A DNA stretch of 46,761 nucleotides from NCBI GenBank assembly GCA_964619365.1, contig CAZUDQ010000011.1:1-46761 (forward strand), given 5' to 3'. A program made the position numbers and the translations under genes. The DNA is from an uncultured archaeon. GTDB lineage: Archaea; Altiarchaeota; Altiarchaeia; JAFGQM01. A model generated the notes under the pieces. It saw only the letters and a list, made by a program, of their open reading frames with translations, was not told the DNA's origin and made no database searches. Below, piece after piece: positions 19,901 through 28,617 of the stretch; position 1 is the first letter of the stretch; each line of letters opens with the position of its first letter.

Positions 19901-22900
19901 ATGGGTATTGGGGAGTCCCTTTCAGATGCGTGGCATGCGCTTGAGGACAAGACATGGAGCATTGCCGATGCGTTTGAGGATAAGGGGGTTCCTATGGCAT
20001 CCTTTTGTGATTCCCGTGGCATATCTCCTGCAATAATAATTATAGGAATAATAATAGCAGTAGCCTTGCTTTTAGTGTTTGTCATGGCAAGCCCTGGTGG
20101 CCCATCAGGTAATGCCATCGTCTCAGTTAAGGTTGTTGATGAGAGTGGCAATCCTGTAAAAGGACAGTATGTGGTATTGACTACGCCCGGTGGAGTGGCT
20201 TTACCTAATGTTAAGACCGACCAAAGCGGAAAAGCAAGTTTTGACGAGGTTCCTATGGGTCAAAGTGAAATTTCTATATCATCTGATATCTATTCAGGTT
20301 CAAAAACAGTTGATGTCACGAGTAACACGGTCTCAACAACTCTTGAAGTAAAAGCTGGCAACGGCAAGATTGAGCTTGTTGTGACAGATGAATCGGGTGC
20401 TCCGATAAGTGTAGGCTATGTTGAAGCAAGGACGCTTTCAGGCGATGAAGTGGCAAAAGTCACTCTTGACGGCTCCACTGAATACACTATGGATGTTCCT
20501 GCGGGCTCTTATTATGTTAAAGTATACTCCAATTCAGGAGGTCTCCTTAAACAGGCAACAACAGTTGTTGCAGTCGACGGGACCCAATCTGTAGAGTTTG
20601 AAGTCAGTGCAGACGAGGCAAATTCAGCAACAGTCACAGTAATCATAACAGATGAGACTGGAAGCGCAGTATATGGTGCATATATCGCTCTTTATAATTC
20701 ACGCAACCAAGAGCAGTATGGGGCTCAGCAGATGACAGATGCACAAGGAAAAAGCGCGTTTAGTAACATTCCGACAGGAGCTCAAGTCTACCCCACAGTT
20801 TACGTTCCAAATGACAGGCGTTATGCCACACTTGATGAACTTACAGCACAAAAAGATTACAAAACAACCGTAAGAGATGCACAAACCGAGATTCCGGTAA
20901 CATTAAGTCTTAACGGGCGCGTTTCGGTTTATGTCAGGGACGCAGAATCAAAAGCGGCGATTTCAGGCGCGCAGGTCACAATAATGAATCTTGCGAGTGA
21001 ATCGCTCTCAGAAACAGAGTCTACGAATTCAGACGGCCTTGCCTCATTTGTAGGTTTCGAAGAACTCACAGACATTTATCCACAGGTTGTTGCACAGGGC
21101 TTTTTGGAGTATGACAATAGCCAAGATGTAAGAACCGTCAGATATGACGACCCATATATCACATTCTATGCGGACCTTGAACGCGATGGCTCTGCGATAT
21201 CCTCCGAGATAACACTTAATACTGAGGATTATTACAATGACCCGATTTCAGGTGCGACAGGAACACTTTCAGAATATGGCGGAACTTTCATCAGAAGAAT
21301 AGTCGCTGATTCAGATTCTCTGACATTTGCAGTAGACGCAAACAAGGATTATACGGTTTCCTTATGGAAAAACGCCTACCAGCGCCTTTTACTTTCAGGA
21401 ATCGAAGTGGGAACCCAGACTGCAAAGATGGAAACTGCAAACTCGGCAAACTCGGCAACCGTGCGCGTATGTTCTTTCCTGGAAATAAATGGCATAAATT
21501 CCCCCGCAAGCTCACAAGTGGAACTCCATTACCTTGACCGTGAACTTATATCACGAGCAGAAACTGTCGGTGGTACAGATGGAGACAATTGTATTACATT
21601 TACCAATGTTCCGATAAGCTGGAGTGTTTATGCGACAGCAATCATGGACGGATATTCTCTCTTGGAAAGTGATGTCATCTCAGTCATACCTGTCGAAGCC
21701 GGAATAACGGAAATAAACCTTACATTTGGCAATATAAACCCCTCAATGTCTGAATCGGGCTCTATAAAGGTCTGCGCGCTCGGAGATTCTGATTTGCCAG
21801 TAAGCGGCGCAGAGGTAATACTTTATGATATAGATCTTGACGGGCCAAGCTGGTCTGGCGACTACCGCAAAACAACAGGCTCTAGCGGATGTGCGACCTT
21901 TGAAGATATTCCTTCTGAAAAAGCCGATTACGAGGGAGTATTGACTCCGGTTAACGTCTATCCGATAATAACTGCACAGGACTATGCGACATTTAATGGT
22001 AAAACAGAAGGCAAAGTCGTTGAAGTACAAGGTGGACGCATAACGCCGATAAATGTCAGGCTTTCAACAGGAAACCAGATTTGTATTGCAGTGACCTCAG
22101 GCGGAAATCCTTTGACTGGCGCCGCCGTTTCAATCTGCGGAAACGCCCAGTGTGGGGAATACATAGAGACTAAGCTTACAGATTCTGATGGCCATGCAAT
22201 GTTCTCGGTTTCCATGAGTTCAATTAGCGCAAAAGCAGTTTCAAACCAGGCAGGAATTCAGGCAGAAGCTACAGAGAATTTTGCCTTATCTCAAGTATCT
22301 GCCGGGAGCTGCGGAACAATAGAACTCGAACCCGTTTCCAATTATGCAAGCGTTTCTATAGACGCAATAAGTTCTCTTGAGAATGTAGAACCTGGCGAGA
22401 GTTCTGAAATAAAATTTACAGCACGCCTTGACGGGGAGCTTGCAACAGGCGGAACCTATGACGGGCAGAACATACTTGGTTCGGACGGTCTGACAAAAAT
22501 AGAGATTGATTTTGAGTCTGCGGCAATGGACGGCGGACTTTTGAGGGAAGCTGATGCCAACGATGGCGAATATGCAATGCCCTTTATTGCTCCGACGCAA
22601 GCAGGCAATTATTACGCTTACCTTACAGCAGCGCTTCCCGACTGCGACTCATGCGGCCAGTCAAGAACTTCAGTAACGATTGTTGTAGGTTATGATGATG
22701 AAGACTCTGACGGAGTTAAAAACGAGTACGATCTTTGTTCAAATACACCAGTAGGAACTCTGGTTGATTCAAATGGATGTCCAGTCGCCTCATCAACAGA
22801 TACTGACGGAGATGGTGTTCCTGATGATGTAGATTCATGTCCCGGAACTCCATCAGGCGTGCAGGTGGACACGTATGGATGCGAGCAGGCGAGTTCACTG

Positions 22901-24373
22901 TTGGACGTAGACAATGACGGGTATCCGGACATATACGACGCTTACCCACAGAATTCAGAGTATTATTATCCAGGGCAACTAGAAGCCGTTACAGGGGGCT
23001 TACTGGGGGCAGACTATAGCCAGATGTCAATACAAATATGTCTTATAGATTCTGACTCAAAAGAGCCGATATATGATTTCACAGACATCAAAGTCTATAA
23101 CGTACGCCAAGGGACTTCGTCAGGCGCAAATCCGTACAGACCAGAGTATGGGCCGACATCAACACCTTACACTCCACAAGGGCAGATGTGGTCAGGCGTA
23201 AGAACTATAGATAATTGTCGCCTCTTTATGGGTTATGAGTCTGAATCAATATCCCAGTCTTCCATGTCAAACTTCCAGATAAGTGCGAGCGCAGACGGAT
23301 ACGAGTCGTATTCAGGAAGCGGCCTTGCAGGCGAGCTTGAATATGGAAGTAGCGGATACGGAAGTTACATGACTCTTAACATAAGGCTTAGCAGGTCCGG
23401 GATTGCAACACATGGTGGCGGAACAATAGTAAATCCATATCGCAAGATAACCCTAAAGTCCCCAAGCTGGAAAGCTCAGACTTCAAAATCAAACAAAGAA
23501 AATATCTATCCTGCAATATCAACAAACAACCAGGAAGCAACATTGCAAGTAGAATATGGAATTTCAAGCCCTGCAAAGTCAGACCTTGAGTACTCAATAG
23601 ATTATAGGCTAAAAGGTGCATATTGTTATGAGATAGACAATGATGACGGCCTGAGTGAGACGGATTCCTTTGGCAAGCGCACGCTCACAATAAGAAGCGG
23701 CCAGAGTTCTGTTATTGATACAGTCACCCTTAAGACAAAATCAGAGTGTCTTGCTAAAAACGACCCGAACCTTGAGGGCACGATAACACTTAGCGCCGAA
23801 GGAGTACTCTTCCAACAGGGCAACCGCGAGGCAAAAGCGACAAAATTCATTCCCGTAACAATAAAGATGACGCCTGAAATAGTCGCAACAAATGAAATCA
23901 GGAGTTCAGCGGACTTACCCGAACTCAAGAACAAGATGACGCTTTCAGACGGCGTAATAACAAGTGGAACTCTTCCTTATTGTATCTCCAAAACAGCCAA
24001 TACGGCAGATAGCAAGCTTGCAAAAGACAGGAGCGCTCTAGCCAATAAGATTGTTCTTGAGTTTGAGGCAGGGGAAGCCAAATTCACAGACTCGGCACAG
24101 TCAATTGTTTCAACAGTATCAAAGTACATTATCGACCGCCTGAAAAAGACGCCTGAGAATTGTCAGATATATATGAAGATTCTTGATGATTACAAGGGTC
24201 ATGTGGTTGTCGGTCAAAGCGGATTTGGCTGCAACGATGCTGCAGAGGCCACAAAAGAAGGTACAAAAAACGTCCAGCCTTGGGAAAAGCTATTTTGCGA
24301 GGCTGTTAATTCGGGAACGACTGAAGGCATGCTTGCACTTGGAGGAAGCTATGCTGTAGAACTCAAATCATAA
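19901..24373 (+). CDS. 1490-aa N-terminally anchored surface protein with tandem carboxypeptidase-regulatory-like Ig domains and TSP3-like Ca-binding repeats
   Basis: About 40-aa leader then TM IIIIGIIIAVALLLVFV; repeated V.D..G.PI.GA.V...TD..G.A.F; DTDGDGVPDDVDSCPGTP at about 22800. Confidence 0.85.
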   Translation: MGIGESLSDAWHALEDKTWSIADAFEDKGVPMASFCDSRGISPAIIIIGIIIAVALLLVFVMASPGGPSGNAIVSVKVVDESGNPVKGQYVVLTTPGGVALPNVKTDQSGKASFDEVPMGQSEISISSDIYSGSKTVDVTSNTVSTTLEVKAGNGKIELVVTDESGAPISVGYVEARTLSGDEVAKVTLDGSTEYTMDVPAGSYYVKVYSNSGGLLKQATTVVAVDGTQSVEFEVSADEANSATVTVIITDETGSAVYGAYIALYNSRNQEQYGAQQMTDAQGKSAFSNIPTGAQVYPTVYVPNDRRYATLDELTAQKDYKTTVRDAQTEIPVTLSLNGRVSVYVRDAESKAAISGAQVTIMNLASESLSETESTNSDGLASFVGFEELTDIYPQVVAQGFLEYDNSQDVRTVRYDDPYITFYADLERDGSAISSEITLNTEDYYNDPISGATGTLSEYGGTFIRRIVADSDSLTFAVDANKDYTVSLWKNAYQRLLLSGIEVGTQTAKMETANSANSATVRVCSFLEINGINSPASSQVELHYLDRELISRAETVGGTDGDNCITFTNVPISWSVYATAIMDGYSLLESDVISVIPVEAGITEINLTFGNINPSMSESGSIKVCALGDSDLPVSGAEVILYDIDLDGPSWSGDYRKTTGSSGCATFEDIPSEKADYEGVLTPVNVYPIITAQDYATFNGKTEGKVVEVQGGRITPINVRLSTGNQICIAVTSGGNPLTGAAVSICGNAQCGEYIETKLTDSDGHAMFSVSMSSISAKAVSNQAGIQAEATENFALSQVSAGSCGTIELEPVSNYASVSIDAISSLENVEPGESSEIKFTARLDGELATGGTYDGQNILGSDGLTKIEIDFESAAMDGGLLREADANDGEYAMPFIAPTQAGNYYAYLTAALPDCDSCGQSRTSVTIVVGYDDEDSDGVKNEYDLCSNTPVGTLVDSNGCPVASSTDTDGDGVPDDVDSCPGTPSGVQVDTYGCEQASSLLDVDNDGYPDIYDAYPQNSEYYYPGQLEAVTGGLLGADYSQMSIQICLIDSDSKEPIYDFTDIKVYNVRQGTSSGANPYRPEYGPTSTPYTPQGQMWSGVRTIDNCRLFMGYESESISQSSMSNFQISASADGYESYSGSGLAGELEYGSSGYGSYMTLNIRLSRSGIATHGGGTIVNPYRKITLKSPSWKAQTSKSNKENIYPAISTNNQEATLQVEYGISSPAKSDLEYSIDYRLKGAYCYEIDNDDGLSETDSFGKRTLTIRSGQSSVIDTVTLKTKSECLAKNDPNLEGTITLSAEGVLFQQGNREAKATKFIPVTIKMTPEIVATNEIRSSADLPELKNKMTLSDGVITSGTLPYCISKTANTADSKLAKDRSALANKIVLEFEAGEAKFTDSAQSIVSTVSKYIIDRLKKTPENCQIYMKILDDYKGHVVVGQSGFGCNDAAEATKEGTKNVQPWEKLFCEAVNSGTTEGMLALGGSYAVELKS

Positions 24374-27267
24374 TGAAAAAAACAATATCCTTACTATCGG
24401 TTGCAATACTCCTTGTTTCCATGGTTTATTTACCCATGGTTCTCGCCGAAGAAACAATAGTTGGTGTCGTCTATCGTGGGTGGACTGCAGCGGAGTGCAA
24501 ATCAAAGTTTGGCAAGTATGATTATATAACGATTCAAAGCGAGCTTGCCGCACTTGGGATACCTCCCGAACTTCGTGGCGAAGGCGATGGCAAAGGCCCC
24601 CTTTCATATAGTATAACAGGTTCGCCGCAGGTCACAGGATGTTATTGTGGTAGAATGGGAACCGGAGACAAGGCGGTAAACTATATTGTTTCAGAAAAAG
24701 GCGATAAATGTGTCACCTGCGCTCTGAGAACTGGTGATTCAAATGCAGTCTATGTCGTAGATAAGGGAGCTGTAGATGACCCTTCAGCAGTCCTTAAAGT
24801 AAAAGTCAATGGGAAGGATGTTGATACGGGGTGCCGATGTGCTGCAGAATCTAGTGGAAAGAAGTTTGATAAGGTCGTAAACGGTAAGTGTACCTACATT
24901 GACAGGACGGCCCAAACAAATGCTTGTAAAACTGTCTTTAAAGGCGACGGGGTAACTGTGTGTTCAGGGCTTTCAACAGAGTCCGAACTTGGAATAACTG
25001 GGGACGGGACAAAGTGTTGTTGCTCTTCAGGATATGCAGCCTCCGATGACAAGCTTATGTGCGTTGCGATAAAAGGGACTGTTACAGATTATGCTTGCTC
25101 CCAGGCAGGAAAAGCACAAGGATACGGCGAAAACTTAATTACTTGCCCTGAAAATGTCATAAATTATGCTCAAGGAAAAGACTCAAGCGAAGCCGCTAAA
25201 AAGGTGTGGCAGACAAGTTATCTTGGTCAGCCGATTTCAACAACGGAAGGCGAGAAGTATTGTTGTTGCTCCAGTGGCTTTATCTACGATTCAACTTCAA
25301 GAAGGTGTGTTTCGACAAGTGACGCATGCACGGCAATAGTACCTGGAAGCGTTAAAACCAGTAGCCCAACTGCAGATGAGAACTATATAGTAGGAAAGGA
25401 ATCTTTTGGCATGCTATGGGACTCAAAACTGACAAAGCAGCTCAGCGAAAAGAATTTGGAATGTGCATGTATAGAAGGCAACCTTCCAGACGGAAATGGG
25501 ACTCTGCTCAATAAATGTGCTACAGGAACTGTAAAAACAGATGTTGCATTATTAGGTCTTAGAGCAAGTGATTTTTATGACTGGATGAATAAAGATGTCC
25601 TTCCAGTAGTAAGAGACTCTCCAGAAACTGGAGTTTCTGTAACGCCAGTTGAATATAAAATAGTCTCAGAAGGAAAATACTCGGGAGTAGTACTTCTTGA
25701 GGAAGGCAAAAACGTACTGGAGTTCTACAATGAGGATACTTCAAGAGCAGGCCAAGCCGCAGCCGAAGCAGCAACCTTAATTGCAAGCGTTATCGCAGGA
25801 GGGCTTGCGACAAAGGCAACAAAGTTCTTTACAAAGGGCAACACCGTTGCGATGCAAGCGGCACTAAAATCAAATTTAAAGAATCTTGCAGGAATGTCTG
25901 ATGAGGCTTTAAATGCAATGTCGGTTTATGGGGACGATGCACTTAAGGCTGCAATCGCATCTGGAAACTTAGATGATGTGACTTCAGCCTTTTGGAGACT
26001 CAATTCACAGCAGCAAGCACAGATATTTAGATCTCTCTCCGGTGCGAGCCTGGATGACGTTGCAGGTTCTGCCGCATCTGCACTCTATGGTTCACAAGGA
26101 GTCACAACTGCAGTAGAGTCTCTTAGTGATGACGCGGCCCAGGTTCTATTTGGCCAGATTAATAGGCAGTTTGGTACTTCCCTTGATGATGTGCTTGCAA
26201 TTGGACCCTTATTTGATTCATTTAGTCTTGCAAATAAAGACTTATTAAGAAGAGCAGTTACAAACCATCTTTTACTTGACGCGACAGCAAGAGGGAGTTC
26301 AAGCTCTGCAGCAACAATACTTTTATCAGATGCATATAAAGACTTTATTGCAGCCAATCCAAGCATTGCTACAGCGTTAACAACAGTCGCAAGCGCCGCA
26401 ACAGGCACTGTGGCTGCAGCAAAATGGACAATTGATGCTGTTGCAAACTTCTTAGGTGGGACTCCAAAAGAGCGTTTAATCTCCATTATAACAATGGGTG
26501 CTGTTGTAACGACTGCAAGGGCGCTTAACGACGCAAATTATGAGGGGCAGCCCGCATCAGAAATGGCAAGTTTTGGACAGGCTACAATTAGCGCCTTAAA
26601 AGATACTGGGACAGGTATGGGTGTTACTCTCGGTCTTGCGCTTGTCGCAGGATTAATCCCTGGAATTGGTTGGGCAGCAGCACCTGCAATACTTGCGTCT
26701 GGTGCGATTTCATCGGTAATCAGCGGTTTAGGACGAGGTCTTATGGAGTCTGGAGTTATGACGGATGCAACTGAAATGCAACTCAGGCTAAATGATGCTA
26801 ACGTCGGCGCAGATTTCTTAAACATCGTTGTTACAAATGATGTAAATGCGTGTGAAGAGGTTAAGGATAACAGCGGATACAGATTCATAACATCAATTTA
26901 TGATTCAGCAAAAGGAACCTACCAGGGATGGATGATTGATGCAAGTGCCTTTGCAAAGAACCATTGCCAGTTCCTAGGCGACTTCAGGCTTTCTGCAGCT
27001 GGTGGATATTCGAAGGTAGTCCCGTTCTTTGCAGGTGAGAAAATATCCTGCACTGGATGCAGTACTGTAAGTACGATAGGGTCTTGTGGAAGTAATGACC
27101 TCGCCTCGGATTTCACAAATAAGATTGCGGCAAAGTTTAGTAGTGAATCAGCCCTATGCTGTGAAGTATGTACCTTTGTTTCGGCAGATAGGAACATCCT
27201 AGTGCCCTTTGGTTTCCCAAGCACAAATAATAAAGGTCCGACATCAAGTCAACCGGCTGTAATGTAA
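24373..27267 (+). CDS. Secreted protein with Cys-rich N-terminal domain and an Ala-rich helical region containing a hydrophobic hairpin (putative membrane-inserting protein)
   Basis: TAATG overlap with the previous gene; signal peptide; CCCSSG x2; GMGVTLGLALVAGLIPGIGWAAAPAILASGAISSVISGLG. Confidence 0.75.
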   Translation: MKKTISLLSVAILLVSMVYLPMVLAEETIVGVVYRGWTAAECKSKFGKYDYITIQSELAALGIPPELRGEGDGKGPLSYSITGSPQVTGCYCGRMGTGDKAVNYIVSEKGDKCVTCALRTGDSNAVYVVDKGAVDDPSAVLKVKVNGKDVDTGCRCAAESSGKKFDKVVNGKCTYIDRTAQTNACKTVFKGDGVTVCSGLSTESELGITGDGTKCCCSSGYAASDDKLMCVAIKGTVTDYACSQAGKAQGYGENLITCPENVINYAQGKDSSEAAKKVWQTSYLGQPISTTEGEKYCCCSSGFIYDSTSRRCVSTSDACTAIVPGSVKTSSPTADENYIVGKESFGMLWDSKLTKQLSEKNLECACIEGNLPDGNGTLLNKCATGTVKTDVALLGLRASDFYDWMNKDVLPVVRDSPETGVSVTPVEYKIVSEGKYSGVVLLEEGKNVLEFYNEDTSRAGQAAAEAATLIASVIAGGLATKATKFFTKGNTVAMQAALKSNLKNLAGMSDEALNAMSVYGDDALKAAIASGNLDDVTSAFWRLNSQQQAQIFRSLSGASLDDVAGSAASALYGSQGVTTAVESLSDDAAQVLFGQINRQFGTSLDDVLAIGPLFDSFSLANKDLLRRAVTNHLLLDATARGSSSSAATILLSDAYKDFIAANPSIATALTTVASAATGTVAAAKWTIDAVANFLGGTPKERLISIITMGAVVTTARALNDANYEGQPASEMASFGQATISALKDTGTGMGVTLGLALVAGLIPGIGWAAAPAILASGAISSVISGLGRGLMESGVMTDATEMQLRLNDANVGADFLNIVVTNDVNACEEVKDNSGYRFITSIYDSAKGTYQGWMIDASAFAKNHCQFLGDFRLSAAGGYSKVVPFFAGEKISCTGCSTVSTIGSCGSNDLASDFTNKIAAKFSSESALCCEVCTFVSADRNILVPFGFPSTNNKGPTSSQPAVM

Positions 27268-27270
27268 AAG

Positions 27271-28536
27271 ATGAAACAAAAGGCGATATTTGTAGTACTC
27301 TCAATCTTATTTTTAGTTATTACAGTTTCAGCTGCACCATCTGCAGATATAATCTTGGATAATGGAGGCAATGCTGAACTAAATCTGATTACAGAAAGCA
27401 GTTCTGATATAGATTCGGCAGACATACAGATAACCCTTGATTCGGATGGGTCAGTAACCGAAAAAGTTTTGTATTCAGATTATTCATTCACATCAATTCC
27501 AGATTATAACCTCGAGATTGAGTCCTCAAAAACCGGTATTGTCTTAACTGCAGTGATAGACCCCACACAGATATCTTCAGAAAATGCATGGAACGGACTT
27601 TTAGCAGATTGCCAGATTATGACTCTTGCAGGCAATATGGAGATATCATGCGACCTTACAATAACAGAAGAACTTTTTGGGAATCTGACTCCATTTTCTC
27701 TTGAGGCGATAGCAAATAATAGCTCAGGATTTATAGCGTTTTCAGATGAGCTAGTCGGCGTTCTTTTTGATTCTTCAACTAGCCTCATAAAGCCGTATGT
27801 GGACATATCCAGTTTAACAATAACTGGGAATAATCCTTATGATGTTTCAATAGATCTGTCAATTACAGGACTTGGCGAAGTACTCATTGATTCTTTGGCT
27901 TCCCAAAACCTTGGAGTTGAAAGCTGCAGCGCATCCAATATCAATTCACTAATCTCACAGATACTCTTTTCAGAGTCACAAATAAATTTGCTCGCAGAAG
28001 AAACTCCTGCTGGCGTTTCGATAACTATCAACGCGCAAAGTTCCTTAGATTCGGACATAGGCAAGACTTCAATTACAAAAAGCGCAGATTCGTACTCCGC
28101 CCAAACGGCATTAACGACGAGTAACCCATTTAAAATCCTTTCATGTCTTTCTGATTCAGAACTCTTAACTGAAGGAGATTTAAATTCCTTTAGTTATTCA
28201 CTTAAAAAAACTGCTGGTCGCAGCCAAGTAATTGAAAAGCTTAAGGTCAAACTTGATAATTACGCCCAGAAAACGGGCGACAAGTGGGTTGTTGATACGC
28301 CTGCTGATTCTAACTCATTTTTTAACGTGCAGTTGACTACGCCCCAAGGATACTCAATCACATCGGTAACTGGTGGTGAAAAGTTAAGTTCCACCGAAGC
28401 CGTGGCAACGCCGGATGAGAACTTTACTGTAACATATAAAGAAGGCACATCCGAGTCAGAACTCGACTGGACGATGATAATTGTTGCAGCAGTCGTACTG
28501 ATACTTATTATTGCAATAATTGCCAAAAAACACTAA
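27271..28536 (+). CDS. Membrane-anchored surface protein of unknown function
   Basis: 3 bp after the previous gene; signal peptide; Ser/Thr/Ile-rich; C-terminal TM DWTMIIVAAVVLILIIAIIAKKH. Confidence 0.8.
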   Translation: MKQKAIFVVLSILFLVITVSAAPSADIILDNGGNAELNLITESSSDIDSADIQITLDSDGSVTEKVLYSDYSFTSIPDYNLEIESSKTGIVLTAVIDPTQISSENAWNGLLADCQIMTLAGNMEISCDLTITEELFGNLTPFSLEAIANNSSGFIAFSDELVGVLFDSSTSLIKPYVDISSLTITGNNPYDVSIDLSITGLGEVLIDSLASQNLGVESCSASNINSLISQILFSESQINLLAEETPAGVSITINAQSSLDSDIGKTSITKSADSYSAQTALTTSNPFKILSCLSDSELLTEGDLNSFSYSLKKTAGRSQVIEKLKVKLDNYAQKTGDKWVVDTPADSNSFFNVQLTTPQGYSITSVTGGEKLSSTEAVATPDENFTVTYKEGTSESELDWTMIIVAAVVLILIIAIIAKKH

Positions 28537-28617
28537 CCTTTTTCTGTCCACGAATTCTAAGGTTTTAATATATGCAACTTGTAATCTCTCGCTAATAATT
28601 TTAAATATTTTCATACG

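Noticed and set aside
19788-20036. Listed 82-aa ORF
   Set aside because: It overlaps L40e and the 1490-aa gene out of frame; L40e (19741-19893) is the real gene.
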